Shown here one piece after another: positions 1 to 6,832 of a stretch of DNA of 64,000 nucleotides. The notes under the pieces were generated by a model. It made no database searches, had not been told where the DNA came from, and saw only the letters and a list, made by a program, of their open reading frames with translations. Origin of the DNA: a virus; the IMG/VR virus record IMGVR_UViG_3300025093_000002, positions 1-64,000 of that record; one strand, 5' to 3'. Numbering within the stretch: the stretch's first letter is position 1; the number at the start of each line of letters is the position of its first letter. A program made the translations under genes and the position numbers.

Positions 1-87
1 GAGATGAGCGACCTTTTCATCATCATCGAAGCGTTCGGCGCAAAGCATGGCGTCACGTTTCACGACCGTCAGGAGCGAGCCGCATGA
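1..87 (+). CDS. ninB: NinB recombination protein, 3' end only (truncated by window)
   Basis: Identical to the 3' end of 41233..41631. Confidence 0.8.
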   Translation, partial: EMSDLFIIIEAFGAKHGVTFHDRQERAA

Positions 88-278
88 GCCTCCCCCTCAC
101 CGCCCCTAGCTCTGTCCGCCGCTCTAAAAAGCGTTGCGCGCAGTATGTCGAGACACACGAGCAGCTTCGGCGCGAAGTCGAGATTGCCCTCATGCGCCAG
201 TCCGATGGCCTTGGAGCATGGCTTGCCGATGCCCTTGAGGCTGAGATGGACTGCTTTGATGTGGAGGCGGCGGCATGA
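84..278 (+). CDS. Small hypothetical phage protein (near-identical copy at 41628..41816)
   Basis: ATGA coupling at both ends; the indel between copies keeps the frame. Confidence 0.65.
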   Translation: MSLPLTAPSSVRRSKKRCAQYVETHEQLRREVEIALMRQSDGLGAWLADALEAEMDCFDVEAAA

Positions 279-460
279 GCCATTTTGCCACTGCACTGGC
301 GATCATCGGTGTTGCATTCGCGGTCGCCTACTGTTCCGTTGAGGTGAACCGCAGCGGCCATGAAGCGAGGAAATTCGAAGCTGAGGCTTGCGAGCGCGCT
401 GGAGGGCGCATGGTCCGCAATTGGGGCCAGCTCGTCTGCGAATACCCAGGGGCGCGCTGA
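275..460 (+). CDS. Small membrane-anchored hypothetical protein
   Basis: Hydrophobic N-terminus; translationally coupled. Confidence 0.55.
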   Translation: MSHFATALAIIGVAFAVAYCSVEVNRSGHEARKFEAEACERAGGRMVRNWGQLVCEYPGAR

Positions 461-846
461 TGGGCTACGCTATCCGCCGTCACCCCGAAGCGTTCAGCCT
501 CTCGCCTACCGACAAGAAGCGGCCGGCGAAGAAGGATGCGGGATACCTGTCATGGCTGCACGAGCTTCCGTGCCTCGTGACCGGAGCGCGCCCTGTCGAA
601 GCCGCGCACGTCTCATATGCCGACCCTCGATATGGCAAGCGCGAACGCGGCAAAGGCGAGAAGGCCGACGATCGTTGGGCCATCCCGTTGAGCCGCGCAG
701 AACATAACCGCCAGCACACCATGGACGAGCGAGCCTACTGGCAGTCCGTTGGCATAGACCCGCTTCAGGTTGCCTTGGCCCTCTACGGCGTCAAGGGCGA
801 CAACACCATGGCGGAAATCATCATCAAGAATGCGAGGAAGTCATGA
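460..846 (+). CDS. DUF968-like HNH-fold nuclease
   Basis: YLSWLHELPCLVTG...EAAHV...KADDRWAIPLSRAEHNRQH pattern; TGATG-coupled start at 460. Confidence 0.7.
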   Translation: MGYAIRRHPEAFSLSPTDKKRPAKKDAGYLSWLHELPCLVTGARPVEAAHVSYADPRYGKRERGKGEKADDRWAIPLSRAEHNRQHTMDERAYWQSVGIDPLQVALALYGVKGDNTMAEIIIKNARKS

Positions 847-1154
847 CCGCCCCCGCCCCGAATGACGACCTGGTGCGCGAAATCGAAGACGCCGAATGGT
901 GGGAGCGAGGCGACGCCGAAGGCAACACCGTCGTCAGCATTGCGCCCGAAAGCCTCGCAGCGGCATACCGCGCCCAAGCCGAAAGGATTTCGGTGCTGGA
1001 GCGGGCGCTGGAGCCGTTCGCGAAGGAAGCACGGCTGTGGGCTGGTTACGACGAGGCCGAAATTCTCGTTGAGGGTTTTCCCAACGGCCCTGCAAGCATC
1101 ATCACCGTTGGTGACCTTTACCGCGCCCGCACCACCCTCACAGGAGCCCGCTAA
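843..1154 (+). CDS. Mosaic hypothetical early protein (counterpart 42181..42483)
   Basis: Shares MT-PAPNDDLVR, AQAERISVLERAL and GAR-stop blocks with the phage 2 gene. Confidence 0.7.
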   Translation: MTAPAPNDDLVREIEDAEWWERGDAEGNTVVSIAPESLAAAYRAQAERISVLERALEPFAKEARLWAGYDEAEILVEGFPNGPASIITVGDLYRARTTLTGAR

Positions 1155-1951
1155 TGGACAGCTTAGAACAGGCGCGGGAAGCGCTGATTTGGTATGAGAA
1201 CAACGCGGCGGGCTGTCGCCTCATTCACAGCGGCGGCGATGCGCATCGCAACGCTCTTGCGGCAGACGGTGGAACTCGCGCCCGCGAAGCCCTCGCCGCC
1301 CTCTCCCGTCCGGTGGAGGGGGTGAAGGGGGAGCCGCGCGCATTTCTCGTGACGGGCATCAACGAAAGACATGGCCGTATCATCGACGCGCGCAAGTATG
1401 ATCCCCGCCGCGATGATTTCTGGATGCCCGGCCAGAAAGAAAGACACACGGTCGAACCGCTGTTCCTCACCGCCCCGCCCGTCGCTGATAGCGAAGCCCC
1501 CTCCACTCCCGTAGATGGGGCGGGGGCGGAACCTGTCGCTTACGAGATATTCCGTAATGGCGTCTTTGAGGAAGTGTCTCGCATCGCCTTAAACGATGCC
1601 GACAAGCGCGCTGGCTACACGCAGAGGCCGCTCTACGCCGCGCCCCTCGCCAATCCAGAAGCCGAAGCACGGCTGCGGGAGCGGGTGGTGGAGTTGGAGC
1701 GCGAACAGAACTATCCGCTATTCCGCCAGCGGGCAAAAGAGCTTGTCGAACACTGGCAATCGCTCGACGAACCCGCCGAAGCCCGTCTCGCACAAGCCGA
1801 GCGGGGGCCAGCGGTGACGGAGGCCGTGGTTGAGACGGTCGGTGAGGAACTGTTCTCGCGCGGTCATACGAAAATCACAAAGCAGGATGTGCGAGCCGCC
1901 CTCGAAGCCGCCCTCCATCCCCAATCGGCGGCAGGGGAGGAAGGGAAATGA
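1154..1951 (+). CDS. Mosaic (Ea22-style modular) hypothetical early protein (counterpart 42483..43235)
   Basis: Several short conserved blocks separated by unrelated segments. Confidence 0.7.
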   Translation: MDSLEQAREALIWYENNAAGCRLIHSGGDAHRNALAADGGTRAREALAALSRPVEGVKGEPRAFLVTGINERHGRIIDARKYDPRRDDFWMPGQKERHTVEPLFLTAPPVADSEAPSTPVDGAGAEPVAYEIFRNGVFEEVSRIALNDADKRAGYTQRPLYAAPLANPEAEARLRERVVELEREQNYPLFRQRAKELVEHWQSLDEPAEARLAQAERGPAVTEAVVETVGEELFSRGHTKITKQDVRAALEAALHPQSAAGEEGK

Positions 1952-2142
1952 CCCCAAACCAGTGGCAAACATTAGAAGCGCTGAACAACTGCACCGCTCC
2001 TTGGGACGCGAAACATCCCAGCAACCGGAATGTTTTGGCGGCGCTTGGGAGGTTGGGGCTTGCCGAAAAACAACTTGGTTACCCCGTAGGTTGGGTCATC
2101 ACCGCCGCTGGCCGTCGCGCCCTTCAGGAGCGCCAGCCATGA
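1948..2142 (+). CDS. Small hypothetical protein, possible winged helix
   Basis: MTPNQWQTLEAL...LGRLGLAE...WVITAAGRRAL resembles wHTH; coupled to both neighbours. Confidence 0.55.
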   Translation: MTPNQWQTLEALNNCTAPWDAKHPSNRNVLAALGRLGLAEKQLGYPVGWVITAAGRRALQERQP

Positions 2143-2444
2143 AGACGGCAAGGGAGATAATCGCACGGGCCTACGACCGCGAGCAGGCGGCGCAGATGGG
2201 CGAACCGGACCCATGGCAGGACGGCACCGACCACCCCGAATGGGAAGGCAGTCTCGGATGCGCAGACGTGGCTATAGCCGCTCTCGCTGCCGAGGGGTTC
2301 AGCATCGTGGAGACAGGACTTGTCGAGCAAGCTTTCCGCGATGGCGTTGCCTACGGCACTGTCTGCGACGTAACCGATATCGATAAGGCATGGGAAACGT
2401 CTGCCGTTCGCGCCCGCTCTATAAGGAAGGGGAAGACAGAATGA
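2139..2444 (+). CDS. Mosaic hypothetical early protein (counterpart 43453..43761)
   Basis: Shared MKTAREIIA and IAALAAEGFSIVETG blocks; start at ATG 2139. Confidence 0.7.
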   Translation: MKTAREIIARAYDREQAAQMGEPDPWQDGTDHPEWEGSLGCADVAIAALAAEGFSIVETGLVEQAFRDGVAYGTVCDVTDIDKAWETSAVRARSIRKGKTE

Positions 2445-2767
2445 GCCGCGTCTTCACACCTGCGACTCTTGCACAGCGCTGGGAATGCTCCGACAAGCAT
2501 GTTCGCAATCTAATCATGGCCGGCGAATTGCCAGCGTTCCGCGTTGGCGGCAAATTGCTCCGCATCAAAGGCGCGGACGTGGAGGACTACGAATGCCGGA
2601 ATGGCGTCTCACTCGACTCGACGGAGATTTCTGCGTCACCTGGGACGATCCCAGCATCAAGGCCGGAAGGCGACGTTATCGACTTCACACCTCAGACCCA
2701 AAAGAAGCAGCCGCGCGCGCCGCGTCTCGATACGCAGCTTTCACGCGCCCGACTGGCAAGACGGTAG
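2441..2767 (+). CDS. xis: Excisionase (HTH_17/MerR-like)
   Basis: FTPATLAQRWECSDKHVRNLIMAGELPAFRVGGKLLRI; immediately upstream of int. Confidence 0.8.
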   Translation: MSRVFTPATLAQRWECSDKHVRNLIMAGELPAFRVGGKLLRIKGADVEDYECRNGVSLDSTEISASPGTIPASRPEGDVIDFTPQTQKKQPRAPRLDTQLSRARLARR

Positions 2768-3582
2768 CCGAGATATGGAAAGGCTACGTCGCGGACATGG
2801 AAGGCCGCGCCGTGGTCGGCACGATGAAGCACACATGGAAGGCGCTTCAGTTCCGGTTCGGGGGCTTGAACGGTGATGAGGTGTCGATTGCCGATTGCCG
2901 GGCACACACTGAGCAGCGGCGGCTTGACGGCATCAAGGATGGAACGATCCATACCGAACTAGGCCACCTGCGCATGGTTCTGCTATGGGCCGAAAAGCAC
3001 CGTCTCATTGACCGAGCGCCAGCAATCGAACGGCCGGCGAAACCAGAACCGAAGCACGATTACCTGACACGCGAGGAGGCCAGGCGATTAGTCGATGCTT
3101 CGAAGGCCGCGCATGTGGCACTCGCCATTGAACTGATGCTGGCGACCGGCGCGCGTAATGAGGCTGCGCTGACGCTGACATGGGATCGCGTAGACATGGA
3201 GCGGCGCATCATCCAGCTTCGAAACCCGTTCGATAGGGCGAAGCGGAAAGGGCGCGCAACCGTGCCGATGAATGACAAGATCCACACGGCTATGGGAAAG
3301 GCCAAGAGGGGGGCTTTGACGCCATTCGTGGTCGAGTGGGCCGGAAGACCGGTCAAGTCGATCAAGCGCGGCCTGAAGGCGGCGGGCGCCGAGATAGGAC
3401 GACCAGACGTGTCGCCCCACATGCTGCGTCATTCGGCGGCTGTATGGCTGGCCGAAGACGGGCATTCGATGAATGAGATTTCGCAGTACCTTGGTCATGA
3501 CGACGTGAAGACGACCACGCGCGTCTATGCCAGGTTCTCGCCAACGCACCTTCGGAAGCTCGCTGACAGCCTCAATTTCTGA
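2593..3582 (+). CDS. int: Tyrosine integrase 1
   Basis: TGARNEA, HMLRH, LGHDD and terminal Y catalytic motifs; GGAGG RBS at 2581 supports ATG 2593. Confidence 0.92.
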   Translation: MPEWRLTRLDGDFCVTWDDPSIKAGRRRYRLHTSDPKEAAARAASRYAAFTRPTGKTVAEIWKGYVADMEGRAVVGTMKHTWKALQFRFGGLNGDEVSIADCRAHTEQRRLDGIKDGTIHTELGHLRMVLLWAEKHRLIDRAPAIERPAKPEPKHDYLTREEARRLVDASKAAHVALAIELMLATGARNEAALTLTWDRVDMERRIIQLRNPFDRAKRKGRATVPMNDKIHTAMGKAKRGALTPFVVEWAGRPVKSIKRGLKAAGAEIGRPDVSPHMLRHSAAVWLAEDGHSMNEISQYLGHDDVKTTTRVYARFSPTHLRKLADSLNF

Positions 3583-3586
3583 GGCT

Positions 3587-3806
3587 CAGGTTCGGGTAAA
3601 CCTAGAGAGAAATATGTAAACACCAGCTAAGTGCTTGAAAGGATGGTGGGCGTGACAGGGATTGAACCTGTGACCCCTACGATGTCAACATTGCGCCCCT
3701 ACCGGAAACCCGCGAAACCCCGGCAAATGGGCACTACGCCATGGCCCTGTGGAGAACGATGTTCCGCTTCTGTCCGGTTTGCAGGTTTGGTCGAACCTAG
3801 AGGGAA
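3587..3806. promoter_or_regulatory. Putative integrase arm-type sites AGGTT-N6-AACCTAGAG at 3587-3611 and 3782-3806, flanking the core
   Basis: 20/25 identical dyad-containing repeats on both sides of the tRNA core. Confidence 0.6.
3644..3689 (-). other. attP core: 3' half of tRNA-Val(GAC), from the anticodon loop to CCA
   Basis: Reverse complement GTTGACATCGTAGGGGTCACAGGTTCAATCCCTGTCACGCCCACCA contains anticodon loop, T-arm and CCA; the 5' half of the tRNA is absent. Confidence 0.88.
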
Positions 3807-3816
3807 CTACGCACGC

Positions 3817-3966
3817 ATGCACATTAGACGCATCGAAACGAAAGGCACCCTCGTCCTCATCGCTGCCCTTATCGTAGCTCTATGGGCAGTGGGAGAGTGG
3901 GTGCTATCGTGGGGGCCTTGGCTTCTGAGTATGGCCGCGACGTTCGGCTTCATCGATACGCTCTAG
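3817..3966 (+). CDS. Small single-TM membrane protein (homolog 45418..45513)
   Basis: GTLVLIAALIVALWAVGEWVL is conserved at DNA and protein level in both phages. Confidence 0.55.
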   Translation: MHIRRIETKGTLVLIAALIVALWAVGEWVLSWGPWLLSMAATFGFIDTL

Positions 3967-4215
3967 AAGCTCATCCAGCCTGTGATTGATGCCCGAGGTG
4001 TTCTTGTCCGTCAGCGCATCCGCAATGCGCTTCACTTCTGCAATGAGACGATCCATCTGTTCCCGCTCGCCAAACCCCAAACCAATCCCCGCCAGGACGG
4101 CATCATTCGCTTTGGCTGGTGGCGTCGTCTGCCGAGACAGATATTTACCGGCCCCCGCCAGCAACAGGATAGCCCCGTAGATCGCGGCAATCCACAATTC
4201 AGGTGCAATGGTCAT
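3904..4215 (-). CDS. Lysis-cassette membrane protein (TM plus coiled coil)
   Basis: N-terminal TM; last gene of the lysis operon. Confidence 0.6.
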   Translation of the reverse strand: MTIAPELWIAAIYGAILLLAGAGKYLSRQTTPPAKANDAVLAGIGLGFGEREQMDRLIAEVKRIADALTDKNTSGINHRLDELLERIDEAERRGHTQKPRPPR

Positions 4216-4660
4216 TCACGGCCACCCGCTTTTTATGGGTTTTGTCCGATGCGCCAGCTTCGCCCATCGCGCGGATGACGTTGTACGAGTCGAGGAACAG
4301 AAGGACGGGATAAACGGCGAGGCCCGTTGAGCCAGTGCCGGCCTGCGCCATCCCCAATGTGATCTGGAACCAGAAGAAGCAGGCCACGAAGGCAAAGAAA
4401 GCCCGCCAGTGCGGAGAGCGCCGCCAAGCCCCGTTGATGCATAGAACGATGAACCTTAGCCCGCCTGCGATAAGGCATAGCCACCCCCATGTCTCGGGGT
4501 CTGCCATCTGGGCAAGAACCTTGTAGGACGCGCCTTGAAACACGCCGGGGTTCAGCCAGATCACGACGGCCCAATTGATGAGAACAAGTGCCAACGCCCA
4601 TTCGGACGCTCGCCCCGGAAATGTCTCTCGGAGCGAGTGCTTTATGTGGGCGAGGATCAT
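4199..4660 (-). CDS. Lysis-cassette multi-TM membrane protein
   Basis: About four hydrophobic segments; coupled to the holin. Confidence 0.65.
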   Translation of the reverse strand: MILAHIKHSLRETFPGRASEWALALVLINWAVVIWLNPGVFQGASYKVLAQMADPETWGWLCLIAGGLRFIVLCINGAWRRSPHWRAFFAFVACFFWFQITLGMAQAGTGSTGLAVYPVLLFLDSYNVIRAMGEAGASDKTHKKRVAVNDHCT

Positions 4661-4896
4661 CAGTAGAGCCCCGTTGGCGGGTTAGGGAACTGCTTGGCCT
4701 TCTCGGCCGGGCTCTTCCAGTTGGGGATGAGCCAAACAAGCAGGGCACCGACGCCGCCGAGGACTGCGGTGACCGTTGCCTCATCGAGACCAAGGTCGAT
4801 GCCGGAATAAATCTGGAAGAACTGGACGGCAGCCATCACGACTGCGACCCAGAACTTTGCGGCCCGGAACAGGCCGAACATTGCAAGCAGAGGCAT
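4660..4896 (-). CDS. Putative 2-TM holin (start may be 4881)
   Basis: KFWVAVVMAAVQ...GALLVWLIPN, two TMs, directly after the endolysin. Confidence 0.65.
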   Translation of the reverse strand: MPLLAMFGLFRAAKFWVAVVMAAVQFFQIYSGIDLGLDEATVTAVLGGVGALLVWLIPNWKSPAEKAKQFPNPPTGLY

Positions 4897-4900
4897 CGGG

Positions 4901-5563
4901 TTATCCTTTCGAGAACAGGTTGCGGAAGAAAGATGCGAGCGCAGCCCAGAAGCCCTGCGCAGGGGCAGGAGCAGGTTCAGGGCGCGGTGTGGGTGTTGGC
5001 GTGGGAAGCGGGCCAGGAACGGGCGGTGCAGCCTTCATGAGCGCCAGAACGTCAACCCGCTTGCCCCGGCTCCAAAGGACGACGCCCTTCGTGTTCGCAG
5101 GGTAGAGGGTGGCGAAACCGCCGCTGGAATACTTGCCACTGAAAAACAGGCCGCGCTCTTTCTCGCGGCGCGGGATGATTTCCTTCGGCTTCGACCAGAA
5201 CATGAACGCCTTGCGCGCCCCGGCCATATCGCCCGCGTTGAACTTCTTTACCCACGTTGCATCATCGATGCCCCCAGTGTTGAAGTCGAAGGACACAGCC
5301 GCGTCGAACTGCTCTTGCGTGAGCGGGCGGGTAAACGCCTTGCGGACGCGGGCTTCGAACTTGGCGATATCGCGCCGGAAAATTTCCATGATTTCCGCCA
5401 TGGAGTATTCGCCACGCTTCAACGCGGGATTCGGAAAGCCGGCAGAGGCAGTATGCCCAATGCCAACCGTCCAGACGCCAACGCTGTCCTTGTAAGGCGC
5501 ATTGACGATGCCTTCGTGGCTCGCGATCTCCACGAGCCCCTTGTCGCTGACCTTTTGGGCCAT
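4901..5563 (-). CDS. Endolysin, GH24 lysozyme, with Pro-rich linker and C-terminal amphipathic helix
   Basis: HEG...YKDSVGVWTVGIGHT catalytic motif; QFDAAVSFDFNTG. Confidence 0.9.
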   Translation of the reverse strand: MAQKVSDKGLVEIASHEGIVNAPYKDSVGVWTVGIGHTASAGFPNPALKRGEYSMAEIMEIFRRDIAKFEARVRKAFTRPLTQEQFDAAVSFDFNTGGIDDATWVKKFNAGDMAGARKAFMFWSKPKEIIPRREKERGLFFSGKYSSGGFATLYPANTKGVVLWSRGKRVDVLALMKAAPPVPGPLPTPTPTPRPEPAPAPAQGFWAALASFFRNLFSKG

Positions 5564-5761
5564 CGGTATTCCTTTTTCAGTTGTGGGGGAGGTTGCACGC
5601 GGAGGGGTTGCGTGCTTGAAGGGAGTGCGCCATCAAGGCGCGCGCCAAGTTTTAGGCGCTTATGAAGAAGAGCGGCTTCTATGCTTGGGTATTTGGCAGC
5701 CGTCGTTATCGGCGGGATCGGGATCGGGCTTATATTGCTCGACGTGGCGGGCTACTAAGCC

Positions 5762-6832
5762 ATGAAGGTCAGGATATCCGAGGTCAGCCTCGCGCCTGCG
5801 GCCCTTGTCTTTGTTCTCTTGCTTGGTTTCATGTCGGCAGGTGCCATCCCGCTCCTGTCGCCTGAACTCCACTATCAAACAGCGTGGCCGACATATCTGA
5901 GATATGGGTGCATCGTCGCCGTCTACGTGATGCTTCTCGTCCGCGCTATCGCGAACAATTCCACCTTTTCCTCCCCTGCCGCTTGCTTTTTCATTGCGTT
6001 TTCGATTTCGCTGGCCATCGCCATGATGTCCGGCATTGAGGCCAAGCGAGTCGTTCTTTACCTTCTGCCGCTAATCGCCATATTCACTCCGCAGCGCATT
6101 TTCGCATTGTTCCCGCGCATAGCGGTGTGGGCTTTGCTCTTGGCGCTTGCCGGCGCAGTCTACGAATATGCGAACGGGACGTTCGGGCGTTTTGACGGTG
6201 CCCGGGTCTCATCGATATTCATCAATCCGAACAACCTCGCTGTGGTGACGATGATTTCCGTCGCCTTGATTTTTGAACACGCGCAATCAACGAGGGCCGT
6301 GAAGGCGCTCGCAGTCGCTATCATGGTGCCGCTTTTGTTCTTGTCCGGGTCGAAGACGGGCTTGCTGATGCTCGCCGCGCTGATTGTATTTTACGCAGCC
6401 CGCCGTAGCGTCCTCGGCGTCGTTGCGGCCGGCATTGCTACTGTCTTGGCCGGGAGCGCGCTGGTCTATTCCGGACTTGTTCGCGCTCCCTTGCTAAGCT
6501 TGACGGAGAGGGTCAAGCAGCTTCAGTCCAGTTTGTCCGAAATCGACAACTGGTTCACGCCCGGCCACTCTCCACAGCCGATGGAATACTACCTCACCAA
6601 CCCCTACATCTACGTGGACAACGCCTACATCCAGACATGGATAGAACTAGGTGTCCCGGCTGCGGTCCTGTTTACGGCGGCCCTCATTTATAAGGCCGCA
6701 ACAGACCGTCTAGGCTCTCCGTTTTGGTTGCTACTGATGGTCGCGGCCCTGACCACAAATATCAACTATCTCTGGCCGGTTGCATATTTCCTATGGGCCT
6801 ATGTCGGACAGCCGCAGAAAACGACTAACTAA
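5762..6832 (+). CDS. O-antigen polymerase/ligase-like (Wzy/WaaL) polytopic membrane moron
   Basis: About 10 TMs with [20 protein letters not shown] and [12 protein letters not shown] motifs; opposite strand to the late operon. Confidence 0.75.
   Translation: MKVRISEVSLAPAALVFVLLLGFMSAGAIPLLSPELHYQTAWPTYLRYGCIVAVYVMLLVRAIANNSTFSSPAACFFIAFSISLAIAMMSGIEAKRVVLYLLPLIAIFTPQRIFALFPRIAVWALLLALAGAVYEYANGTFGRFDGARVSSIFINPNNLAVVTMISVALIFEHAQSTRAVKALAVAIMVPLLFLSGSKTGLLMLAALIVFYAARRSVLGVVAAGIATVLAGSALVYSGLVRAPLLSLTERVKQLQSSLSEIDNWFTPGHSPQPMEYYLTNPYIYVDNAYIQTWIELGVPAAVLFTAALIYKAATDRLGSPFWLLLMVAALTTNINYLWPVAYFLWAYVGQPQKTTN

Larger units (their letters stand above)
1..282 (+). repeat. Direct repeat copy 1 (ninB 3' end plus next small gene); copy 2 at 41545-41820
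   Basis: Identical over roughly the first 126 nt, then a few SNPs and a 6-bp indel (gagattgccctcatg vs gagattatg). Homology ends at atgagcca. Confidence 0.95.

Noticed and set aside
843-2451. CRISPR array or diversity-generating retroelement as the explanation for the block pattern
   Set aside because: Blocks differ from one another within a copy, no cas or reverse transcriptase gene is in the window, and the variation is wholesale replacement rather than adenine-specific.
3644-3689. Intact tRNA-Val gene (and likewise tRNA-Lys at 44999-45045)
   Set aside because: Only the anticodon loop to CCA is present; the D-arm and 5' acceptor strand are missing, so these are att cores.
3631-3816. N-terminal part of ORF 3631..3966
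   Set aside because: It translates the tRNA-derived att core and arm sites; only the part from ATG 3817 has a homolog.
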